A DNA stretch of 44,698 nucleotides, from positions 1 to 44,698 of the forward strand of contig NW_021835022.1 in assembly GCF_006345805.1 (NCBI RefSeq). Reading direction: 5' to 3'. The position numbers and the translations under genes are program-made. This stretch comes from Octopus sinensis. Lineage: Eukaryota. Shown in pieces: positions 22,981 through 33,311 of this stretch (its first letter is position 1; every line of letters starts with the position of its first letter). The notes under the pieces are model-generated. The model saw nothing but the letters and a program-made list of their open reading frames with translations, searched no databases and had not been told where the DNA came from.

Positions 22981-23170
22981 AAATTATGTTAATCATAAGG
23001 ACCCAATAATGAGTCTACCTGCTATGTGAGGGGATTTTTCGAGTCGATTGCCCGAGTACTGCTGATTCTGTTATCATTTCAGTGTTAATTTTTGGTGGTA
23101 TAAATGAGAGTTTTAATTCTCATTTCTAGCAGGCAGACACATTAATGTGTCCTTATGATTAATATGATTT
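22981..23170. mobile_element. MITE-like element with about 50-bp TIRs
   Basis: aaattatgttaatcataaggacccaataatgagtctacctgcta vs the reverse complement of tagcaggcagacacattaatgtgtccttatgattaatatgattt. Confidence 0.8.
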
Positions 23171-23171
23171 C

Positions 23172-23216
<45 letters not shown>

Positions 23217-23252
23217 TGTATAAATATATATAATATATTATATATATGTATG

Positions 23253-23331
23253 CATAAGTCCTGGGTTCGATTCGTTCCACTAAAAGTGGTGCCCCAGCAT
23301 GGCCGCAGTCAAATGACTGAAACCTGTAAAG
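23253..23331 (+). mobile_element. SINE-A 3' end
   Basis: ataagtcctgggttcgattcgttccactaaaagtggtgccccagcatggccgcagtcaaatgactgaaac. Confidence 0.8.
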
Positions 23332-24565
23332 TATATATGTATATGTGCGTGTATGTATGTATGTATGTATGTATGTATGTACATATCTATATATATATTA
23401 TATATATATATATATATACATACATACATACATACATACATACATACATACATACATACATACACGCTATATATATACATATATACACGCATATAATATA
23501 TATATATATATATCTATATATTATATATATAATATATATATATATATAATTGTAACGATCTGGCTAGATAGATAGATAGATAGATAATGTTAAGGTATGC
23601 ATGGAGACATTTATGCCGACATACCTGCGTAAGTGTACACTACGCACACACACAATCACATATGAACACGAAGACACACTAGTTTATGAAACCGTCCTAC
23701 AAGCAAACACGCGATCACAAAAGCACATTTACTCAAGAACCCTATCTCTTCACTCATACTACTACTACTACTACTAACACACACACACACACACAAGCAA
23801 CTATTTTTAGACGTGTACATCTACCCTAAAGAGGAATGCTTAGGTTTAAGAAATTTACCACCACCACCATCACTACCACCGCCACCACCATCGGTAAGCA
23901 ACAGCAGAGCATTATTAAAAACTGCCACCATCACCTCCCCCACCACCACCACCACCATTACCACCATGAACTCCCCCTCCCTCCCCCCCAGTATCCCCAC
24001 CACCACCACCACCATCGCCACCACCGTCACCTCCTGCCAACATCAACGCAGCGTCAGTAGCACCATTGCGATCATATCTAACACCACCACCACCACCACC
24101 ACCACCACCACCACATTCACCATCCCCACCATCATATACACCTGTCTCTACTCTCTCTCCTCCCCTCCCCCTCCCCTCCCACACCCATCCGCCCCATAAG
24201 AGATACATACATCCTGTTATCTTTATACCTGTCTTTAACTGCGCTCTGATTCCGTCGTCTTCTGTTCTGGAGTTTCGGTTTCAAATTACACCAGATACAT
24301 TGAAGAGGTTTATTACTGCTACAACTACTTTTTTTTTTTCTTCTGTTCTTGTTGTTGGTGTTGTTGCAGTCGTTGTTGATGGTGATGGTGGTGGTGTGGT
24401 GGTGGTGATGGGGATGATATTGGGGTTTGGGGTGAGATGTGATGGGTGGGTAGGGGGCCCGATAGGTAGCGGTACTTTTGGTGTCGCTGATGGTACTGTT
24501 GGTGGTGGTGGTGGTGGTGGTGGTGGTGATGAAGATTTGTTACACTGGCACAGCACCAACAATTT

Positions 24566-25336
24566 CTTTTTTTTCTACTCTAGGCACAAGGCCCGAAATT
24601 TTGGGGGAGGGGTGGCCCAATCGATGACATCGATCCCAGTACACAACTGGTACTTAATTTATCGAACCCGAAACGATGAAAAGCAAAGTCAACCTCGGCA
24701 GAATTTGAACTCAGAACGTTAAGACAGACGAAATACCTATTTCTTTACTACCCACAAGGGGCTAAACACAGAGGGGACAAACAAGGACAGACAAAAGAAT
24801 CAAGTCGATTAGATCGACCCCAGTGCGTAACTGGTACTTATTTAATCGACACCGAAAGGATGAAAGGCAAAGTCGACCTCGGCGGAATTTGAACTCAGAA
24901 CGTTAAGACAGACGAAATACTTATTTCTTTATTACCCACAAGGGGCTAAACACAGAGGGGACAAACAAGGACAGACAAATGGATTAAGTCGATTACATCG
25001 ACCCAGTGCGTATGGTACTTAATTTATCGACCCCAAAAGGATGAAAGGCAAAGTCGACCTCGGCAGAATTTGAACTCAGAACGTAGCGGCAGACGAAATA
25101 CCTATTTCTTTACTACCCACAAGGGGCTAAACACAAGGGAGACAAACAAGGACAGACAGACGGATTAAGTCGATTATATCGACCCCAGTGCGTAACTGGT
25201 TCTTAATTTATCGACCCTGAAAGGATGAAAGGCAATGTCGACCTCGGCAGAATTTGAACTCAGAACGTAGCAGCAGACGAAATACCGCTAAGCATTTCGC
25301 CCGGCGTGCTAACGATTCTGCCAGCTCACCACCTTC
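24566..25336 (-). mobile_element. Head-to-tail SINE-B tetramer inside one 15-bp TSD
   Basis: cagcaccaacaattt at 24551-65 and 25337-51; one head, three internal junctions gacgaaatac|(c/t)tatttcttta, about 183-bp units. Confidence 0.9.
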
Positions 25337-25489
25337 CAGCACCAACAATTTATTAGAGACAGGCTAGGGTGGTGATATAGTTGAATAAACATAATCTTCA
25401 GCATATAACTGCTACAAGTTTTGATCGACTTCAATGAAGTGAGCTAAATTACAGTTTTATAAATTTATCTCCATGTTTCCCAGTTTGGT

Positions 25490-25729
25490 GGAGGCGCGTG
25501 GCTTAGTGGTTAAGGTGTCAGCATCATGATCGTAAGATTGTGGTTTCGATTCCTGGACCGGGCGACGCGTTGTGTTCTTGAGCAAAACTGTTCATTTCAC
25601 GTTGCTTCAGTTCACTCAGATAGCAAAAATGAGTAACGCTGCGATGGAATAGCGTCCCATCCAGCTGGGGAACACATATGCCAGCGAAACCGGGTCCATG
25701 AGCCTGGCTAGGCTTTAAAAAGGGCGCAT
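25490..25729 (+). mobile_element. SINE-C (tRNA-derived)
   Basis: A-box TGGCTTAGTGG near 25499, B-box GGTTTCGATTCC near 25542, followed by ttgtgttcttgagcaaaac..ttcatttcacgttgc. Confidence 0.85.
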
Positions 25730-25844
25730 TTATTTTTAAATTATTTTTCCAGTTAGATACTTGTACAGTTGAGACCCTGCGTAGACGACACAAAATACTT
25801 GGAAGCATTTAGGTCGACGCCTTGTCAATTCTTGCTTCATAATA

Positions 25845-26062
25845 ATGGCTTCAAATTTTGGCACAAGCCCAGCTATTTCGGGGTGAGGGGGTTAAGTCGA
25901 TTACATCGATCCCAATACCCAACTGGTACTTGTTTAATCGATATCGGTAGGATGGAATGCTAAGTCGACCTCAGTAGAGTTTGAACCCAAAGCGTAAAAT
26001 CGGACGAATTGCCGCTAAGCAATTTGGCCGGCACGCTAACGATTCTGCCAGCTTGCCGCTTT
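25845..26062 (-). mobile_element. SINE-B with B2 tail, diverged
   Basis: ttcaaattttggcacaagccc...aagtcgattacatcgatccc...gctaacgattctgccagcttgccgc. Confidence 0.85.
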
Positions 26063-26125
26063 ACGAATAATATATATTAAATATATGCCAAGCCTGTCGC
26101 ATACATGTTACATATATACATACAT

Positions 26126-26539
26126 AGGCGCAGGAGTAGCTGTGTGGTAAGTAGCTTGCTTACGAACCACATGGTTCCGGGTTCAGTCCCACTGCGTGGC
26201 ACCTTTAGCAAGTGTCTTCTGCTATTGCCTCGAGCCGACCAAAGCCTTGTGAGTGGATTTGGTAGACGGAAACTGAAAGAAGCCTGTCGTATGTATGTGT
26301 GTGTGTGTGTGTCTGTCTGTCTGTGTATATGTTTGTGTGTATGTGTTTGTTCTCCAGCATCGCTTGACAACCGATGCTCGTGTGTTTACGTCTCCGTAAC
26401 TTAACGGTTCGACAAAAGATACCGATAGAATAAGTGACTAGGCTTACAAAGAATAAGTCCTGCGGTCGATTTGCTCGTCTAAAAAAAAAGGCGGTGCTCT
26501 AGCATGGCCGCTATCAAATGACTAAAACAAATAAAAGAG
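26126..26539 (+). mobile_element. SINE-A full length
   Basis: Head ggcgcaggagtagctgtgtggtaag, B-box-like GGTTCAGTCCC, internal (TG)n, tail aaatgactaaaacaaataaaagag. Confidence 0.92.
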
Positions 26540-26823
26540 AGATACAAATCTACATACACACATACATACATACGAACACACATGCATACATATGTATATG
26601 CATGCACGCGCGCGCCCGTATATACATTTGAGTCAATGTAACCGAGATAAGCGTAGCAACTTTTGCCAATTGCGTTCTTGTTGTCGGTGTTGTTGTTGTT
26701 GTTGTTGTTGTTCCCGCTGCTGCTGTTGTTTGTTGTTGTTGTTGTTGATTCCAGCCATGCCTCACCTTCCTAAACTCATCTGATCGTTGATCTTCTCGAT
26801 GTGATAATTCCAATGTTATTTTT

Positions 26824-26986
26824 GGTGTGTTTATGACCCCCCGTCACCTAGCGGTTCGGCAAAAAGAGACCGATAGAATAAGTACTGGACTCACAAAGAA
26901 TAAGTTCCGGGATTGAGTTGCTCGATTAAAGGCGCTGCTCCAGCATGGCCGCATTCAAATGACTGAAACAAGTAAAAGAGTAAAGA
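26824..26986 (+). mobile_element. SINE-A 3' half
   Basis: ggtgtgtttatgaccccccgtcacctagcggttcggc...gactgaaacaagtaaaagag. Confidence 0.85.
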
Positions 26987-27259
26987 GTGTGTATCTAGGA
27001 TTACATTATCTAAAGAGTTCTTTATTATTATTATTTTTTAAGATGTATGGGCGAGAGTTGAGGGAGCATGTAGCTGCAGTTCCTCTCTCAAATCTTTCTC
27101 TTTTTTGTTTCCATTTTGAAGCTCCGTTGACTGTTGTTTAACCCTGAGCCTATTCCTGGTTCACGAGATCTGTCGTGGAAGTCGTATGTAATGGTAGATA
27201 TACCTACGTAGACTTGCCAATAGTACAAGCGAAAACACGACTTACAAGTACTCTCTCTC

Positions 27260-27301
<42 letters not shown>

Positions 27302-27373
27302 CTCCCCCTCTCTCACTCTCTTTCATCTTGTCCCTTATTCTGTTGTTTCTCTTCTTCGCCTTCCTTTTCTTCC

Positions 27374-27578
27374 GATCTTAACTGATTGGAAGTGTTAACC
27401 TGTACAAATTTTGTCTTAGTGTAAAAGATGGGCTACAGCAAATATTCTGTTCGATACCGCAGATTTGCTTGTCAGTTGCTTGACCATAACCATTTGAGTA
27501 TGTTGTCCTTTAGTGGCTGACCATTTGTGCATCTGTGATCACGCGCAGGAGTAGTGCAGGAGCATCATAGCCATGTAT
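27374..27578 (+). mobile_element. Family F partial copy
   Basis: gatcttaactgattgga...aaaagatgggctacagcaaatattctg...gcatcatagccatgt matches 9553-9757. Confidence 0.8.
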
Positions 27579-27579
27579 T

Positions 27580-27790
27580 GACAAGTGGTATAAGCATCAC
27601 CCTGCGGCTGTAACTGAAGGAGAAAATGTTACGATTCTTTGAAACTCTCCAGTACATACAGACGGAACGATTAAAGTTAATGAACTGGATATTATTGTAA
27701 AAGACGAAAATAATAAATCTGTTTATTGATCAACATTTGTATCCCTTGTGATCATAATATTTCGGCAAAAGAATTTGACAAGCTCAAAAA
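27580..27790 (+). mobile_element. R4/Dong-clade RLE fragment (lineage-3-like)
   Basis: DKWYKHHPAAVTEGENVTIL*NSPVHTDGTIKVNELDIIVKDE...CLLINICIPCDHNISAKEFDKL, homologous to 11060-11427. Confidence 0.8.
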
Positions 27791-27897
27791 CTGAAAATTT
27801 GCTGAAAAAAATTATCAGAAAAGGAACTCAGAATTATTTGAGAATGGATTCTTGGCTTACCATCCCTGCAAGAAGTATGCAAAAATTTTAAACTATA

Positions 27898-28516
27898 TGC
27901 GCAGGAGTGGCTGTGTGGTAAGTAGCTTGCTTGCCAACCACATGGTTCCGGGTTCAGTCCCACTGCGTGGCACCTTGGGCAAGTGTCTTCTACTATAGCC
28001 TCGGGCCGACCAATGCTTTGTGAGTGGATTTGGTAGACGGAAACTGAAAGAAGCCCGTCGTGTATATATATATATATATATATATACTAGCAGTATCGCC
28101 CGGCGTCGCTCAGGTTTGTAAGGGAAATAACTATAAAGCATTTGTAGAGAGTTATAGCCAAAAAATAGCAAAAAAATGGAAAAAAAATTATGGTAAATTT
28201 TTTTTGAGATTTAAAAAAGGTTGAGTTGCGTCCCCTAGACAGTTTGTGGTTCGTGTTTCTGATTCTCGACCCCATGTCGAATTTATCGATTTTTTTCAGA
28301 ACTGGGGGAACTTTTCAAAATTTTTGCTGCGTTAGTTTTGAATTATGACATTGGGCTATGTGTGTGTCAAGTTTCATCAGAATCGGTTGAAAGCCGTGGT
28401 CAGGATGAGGGTACAAGCAAACAGACACACAGAAACACGCACAGACAAACTGCCGTTTATATAGAGAGAGATGTTTGTGTGTGTTGCGTATCTGTTTGTC
28501 CTCCCAACATCGCTTG
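27898..28516 (+). mobile_element. SINE-A interrupted by a Helitron in its (TA)n
   Basis: Head to 28080; resumes at 28472 with tgtttgtgtgtg...ccaacatcgcttga. Confidence 0.85.
28087..28471 (-). mobile_element. Non-autonomous canonical Helitron, 385 bp
   Basis: Minus strand starts TC (tctctctctatataaacggcag) and ends with a GC-rich hairpin-like cctgagcgacgccggg followed by CTAG. Inserted between A and T with no TSD. Confidence 0.85.
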
Positions 28517-28599
28517 AATGTCACTGCTAGCTCTCACTGCGTACGAAACCGTATGCTCTCATCTGTTGGTGCGCTACAGAACTAGTCCGGGAACGTTTT

Positions 28600-28785
28600 G
28601 ATACTACCTTATATTTTGCTCCGGCTCTTTACATTCTGTGATTGAATCCCTTCGGTCGAGGTCAACTCTCACATCCACCCGCGCGACCCACTCCGGAGGG
28701 TTCGATAAATAAAACAGCAATGAAATATTAGGGATCGATATAATCGATTAACCCCTTTCCTTCAAAACTGCTCGCCTTATGCTTT
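28600..28785 (+). mobile_element. Highly diverged SINE-B
   Basis: ggtcgaggtcaac...gggttcgataaataaaacagc...gggatcgatataatcgattaacccc. Confidence 0.5.
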
Positions 28786-28790
28786 CATGA

Positions 28791-29162
28791 GAAACGGACT
28801 GTGGTGGTGGTGATGTTTATTTCCCAACCACATGGTTCCAGGTTCTGTCCCACTGCGTGGAACCATGGGCAAGTAACTTCTGCTATAATCTCGGGCTTGT
28901 AAGTGGATTAGAAGACGGAAACTGAAAGAAGCCTGTCTGTGTGTTTGAGCCTATGTTTGTCTCCCACCACCACGTCACAACCGGTGCTGGTGTGTTTATG
29001 ACCCTGTAGCATAGCGGTTTGGCAAAAAGAGACTGATAGAATGAATACCAGGTTTAACCAAAAAACAAGCACTGGGGGTCGATTCATCCGACTCAAATTC
29101 CTTGAAAGCGGTGCCTCGGTATGGCCGTAGTCTAATGACTGAAACATGTAAAAGATAAAAGA
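28791..29162 (+). mobile_element. SINE-A variant with altered head and tail
   Basis: cccaaccacatggttccaggttctgtcccactgcgtgg...gacggaaactgaaagaagcc...aatgactgaaacatgtaaaagataaaag. Confidence 0.8.
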
Positions 29163-29478
29163 TGGGTTATAGCACTTCAGTATGAACAATTCGCGAAGAT
29201 GGTCACAGCAACAACAACACCAACAAAACGTATTTTAAAGTGTTCGTGGCTTATTATGACTATAATCATAATTAAAATGGCGCCAATTTTAGGGATAGAA
29301 AGACTTAAAGTACGTTGGTGGTTTGTATCTTAGACAAAACAAACAAGGAACGTACGCTTAATGTGTATGTGTTTGTGTGTGTGTGTGTTTGTATGTTTGT
29401 GTTGTGTGTGTGTGTGTGTGTGTGTGTTTGTATGTGTGTGTTGTGTGTTTGTGTGTGTGTGTGTTTGTATGTTTGTGT

Positions 29479-29512
<34 letters not shown>

Positions 29513-29589
29513 TGTAATTAGTCTAACATATGAGATACGTAATTAAATAAAACATTGCAGAATAATTTACACATATTCTATAAGAATGG

Positions 29590-30400
29590 CAGCTACAACG
29601 GTGGTGGCATTGGTGGTGGTGTTGGTGTTGGTGGCACTGATGATGGTGGTGGTGGTGGTCGTATTCATGATAATGGTGATGATGATGATGAAAAAGGAGT
29701 TGGAAGAATTTGATGATGATAATGAAGGTGAGAACAATGATAGTGACGACGACGATGATGATGATGAGGATGAGGATGGTGGTGATGGTAGTGGTGGTGG
29801 TTCGGTGGTGGTGGTGTTCTCGATGGTATTTATAGATAAGGATGATGGTGATGATGATAGCGGTGATGATATTGGTGGTCCTACTGGTGATTCTACTGAT
29901 TCTGACGACGACGACTATGATGGTGGTGGTGAAGAAGAAGAAGAAGAAGAAGAAGAAGAAGAAGAAGAAGAAGAAGAATCAATTGCTTTATAATATTCAA
30001 ATCATCATCATCAACATCATCATCGCCTTGATCATGCTCATTATCATCGATATAACATCTCCCCTTCTCCTCGTCCTTCCCATTCTTCCTCATCATCATC
30101 ATCATCGCATCTTAATCCATGTTACTATCACCATGATCTTGCTGCCTGACCTTCTCCTCCCACATCATCACCATCCTCCCTTCCTTATCATCATCATTAT
30201 CATCACCATCACCATCATCATCATCATCATCACAACACTACACCACTATCATGATCATCATCACCATCATCCCCGCCACCACCAGCATCTTCACAAATTA
30301 CCACCACCACCATCATCATCATCATCATTGTCATCTCCACCATCACCATCTTCCTCATTCGTTTCTTCTTTTTTCCTTCGTTTTCCTCTTCTCGTTATCC
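29590..30400. repeat. (GGT/GAT)n, (GAA)n and (CAT/CAC)n tracts
   Basis: Direct reading. Confidence 0.9.
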
Positions 30401-30459
30401 TCATCATTTGTATGTCCGTACTCTTCCTCTTTCCGTCCGTTCTTCTCGAATATATCATC

Positions 30460-31030
30460 ATCATCATCACCATCACCATCACCATCATCTTCATCATCAT
30501 CATTATCATCACCATCATCGCCGCCAAGATCTTCTTTATCATCATCATCATCATCATCACCATCACCATCATCATCACCGCCAAGATCTTCTTCATCATC
30601 ATCCTCATCACCATCACCATCATCATTATCATCACCATCATCGCCGCCAAGATCTTCTTTATCATCATCATCATCATCATCACCATCACCATCATCATCA
30701 CCGCCAAGATCTTCTTCATCATCATCCTCATCACCATCACCATCATCATCGCCATCACCATCACCATCATCATCACCGCCAAGATCTTCATCATCATCAT
30801 CCTCATCACCATCACCATCATCATCGCCATCACCATCACCATCATCATCACCGCCAAGATCTTCTTCATCATCATCCTCATCACCATCACCATCATCATC
30901 GCCATCACCATCACCATCATCATCACCGACAAGATCTTCTTCATCATCATCCTCATCACCATCACCATCATCATCGCCATCACCATCACCATCATCATCA
31001 CCGCCAAGATCTTCATCATCATCATCTTCA
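30460..31030. repeat. (CAT/CAC)-based minisatellite with 8 ccg(c/a)caagatctt anchors
   Basis: Anchors near 30523, 30580, 30643, 30702, 30778, 30851, 30927 and 31003; unit lengths about 57-75 bp. Confidence 0.9.
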
Positions 31031-31439
31031 GCAGCAGCAGCAGCAACAGCAGCACTGGCAGCATCACCTCGATTATCATTATCATGTGTATGTGTGACCT
31101 CTGTATGAAATATCCGACATATTATTCAACTGCTGCGTCTAAAATTAAGCCAGGAAAACAGCCGACACCCAACGAGCTACATCAAACATACAGTGTACCC
31201 TACGGCCTGTAGCCCACACCTCGATTGCAACAAATTAGGCGTGGAGGTAATAATGCGAGCAGCTATGTTATGGGCAATATGTATATAAAAGATGGCGCCG
31301 TCTCCAAAAATACGTCAGATGTGATAGCGATCCGAGCAGACAGCGGGAAACATAAAGGCACATACGTGTGTGTGTGTGTGTGTGTGTGTGAGTATACACA
31401 TGCATATATATGTATGTGCATATACCGATATCCATATAC

Positions 31440-31790
31440 AAATGTACCTATACATAGGTATGTGTGCATACATACATGCATACATACATACGTACATACA
31501 TACATAAATACGTACGTACATACTTGCGTACATACATACATACATATATATATACATACATACATACATGCATACATACGTACGTACATACTTGCGTACA
31601 TATATACATACAAACATACATACATATATACATGCATACATACATACATACTTACATACCTACATACATACATACATACAGACATACGTACATACTTGCG
31701 TACATACATACATACATACATACATAAATACATACATAAATACATACATACATACGTACATATATATGCATACATACATACATACATACA

Positions 31791-31821
<31 letters not shown>

Positions 31822-31860
31822 GCATATACATACATACATAAATGCGTACATAAATATGTA
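31440..31860. repeat. (TACA)n tract with recurring tacgtacatacttgcgtacata
   Basis: The variant unit occurs three times (near 31515, 31580 and 31686). Confidence 0.85.
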
Positions 31861-32191
31861 CACATATATATACAATGTTTAGAAAGAAGATACCTCAATA
31901 TGCTTCCATATTATAACTGCGCGGCAGGAGGATACGTAAACGGTGATTGCGGTGGTGGTGATGGCAGCGGCGGCGGCGGTGGCGGTTGCGGGGATGGTTA
32001 TGATGATGATTATGATGGCACAGGTAAAATCGACGACGTCGATGATGATGATGATGATCATGATCATGATGAGGATGAGGATGTTGATGATGGTGTTGAT
32101 GATGATGATTAAAGTTAATGCTGGTGATAATGATCTCCGCAATATGAGTAGGACACGTAGATAAGCGATGTGAATTTGTTAAGAGCAGAAC

Positions 32192-32225
<34 letters not shown>

Positions 32226-32295
32226 TAATAATAATAATAATAATATAATAATAATAACAATGGTAAATAATAACAATAATAATAATGATAAAAAA

Positions 32296-32680
32296 AGTGC
32301 CTTCTAATCGATGTATCCAATCCCAGCTGGTTACAATGTATCTCTAAAAGAAATGGAGAAACTCTCAAAATGCAAAGATCTTGAAACCGAGATAACCCGA
32401 ATGTGGAGCTTAAAAACAGAAACAGCCCCTCTAATGATAGGTGCATCAGGTATGATAAAAAAAAAAACATTCAGACAAATACATAACCAAAAACACCAAG
32501 ATTTACGAATGCATATAGCATACAGAAAATAGCACTCCTAGACACCGCACACCTCTTATGTAAAGCACTTTCAATACAGTGAAAATAAGAACACAAAAAC
32601 AAACCACATCACATACCCAAGGCACACAGAGCTGCGCTCGGTAGTGCAGTGAAAGCATACGATAAAAATAAGACTACTGA
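32296..32680 (+). mobile_element. R4/Dong-clade retrotransposon 3' end, lineage 2
   Basis: CLLIDVS...NVSLKEMEKLSKCKDLETEITRMWSLKTETAPLMIGASGMIKK...IQKIALLDTAHLLCKALSIQ* with frameshifts; distinct 3'UTR; (AAT)n on both sides. Confidence 0.85.
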
Positions 32681-32732
32681 ATGATGATGATGATGATAAT
32701 AATAAAAAATATTAATAATACTAACAATAATA

Positions 32733-32777
<45 letters not shown>

Positions 32778-32782
<5 letters not shown>

Positions 32783-33300
32783 GGTGCCCTAAGAATGATA
32801 GCAAAAGGGGCTGATTGATACCTATCTTAGATACCAGGAAACCCCAAAATGGCAGAAATTGAAAAGATAGTGCTCATGGGAGCTGCCCATATCCTACGTA
32901 AATTACTATGTAATCTCAAATCTAAAAAGTAGACTACTGAATGATGATAATAATAATAATAATAATAATAGGTGCCCTAAGAATGATAGCAAAAGGGGCT
33001 GATTGCTACCTATCTTTGATACCAGGAAACCCCAAAATGGCAGAAATTGAAAGGATAGTGCTCATGGGAGCCGCCCATATCCTACGTAAATTACTGCCTA
33101 TGTAATCTCAAATACTAAAACAAATACATAATTTTCTTATGGTTTCTTAAAACATTCTCTAGAACAACACTACGTACAAAACCAAATATATGGCACCCTA
33201 GGCATAACACCAACATGAACTTCTAACTTATTGCCTCTTGTGGTCTCTGGGTGAGACTTGGAGCCAACTTGTACAAACACAAAACAAAAGTCAAACATAT
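32778..33300 (+). mobile_element. R4/Dong lineage 1 3' end, partly duplicated (32778-32920 and 32968-33300)
   Basis: Both copies start at ataggtgccctaagaatgatagc; the second carries the full 3'UTR matching 9318-9510 and ends in (AAT)n. Confidence 0.9.
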
Positions 33301-33311
33301 AATAATAATAA

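Noticed and set aside
24566-25336. CRISPR-like regular repeat array
   Set aside because: Units are about 183-bp SINE bodies without unique spacers, and the DNA is eukaryotic.
25490-25565. Functional tRNA gene (also 11638, 39381-39499, 43610)
   Set aside because: A and B boxes are present but no clean cloverleaf, and each runs into a shared SINE body.
29275-29290. YY1-like AAAATGGCGCC motifs (also near 31291 and 36889)
   Set aside because: Short motif with no promoter context; three hits in 45 kb are not persuasive.
29842-31212. 456-aa ORF and overlapping 229-295 aa ORFs
   Set aside because: Translations of triplet repeats that stay open in several frames; no domain, splice context or compositional complexity.
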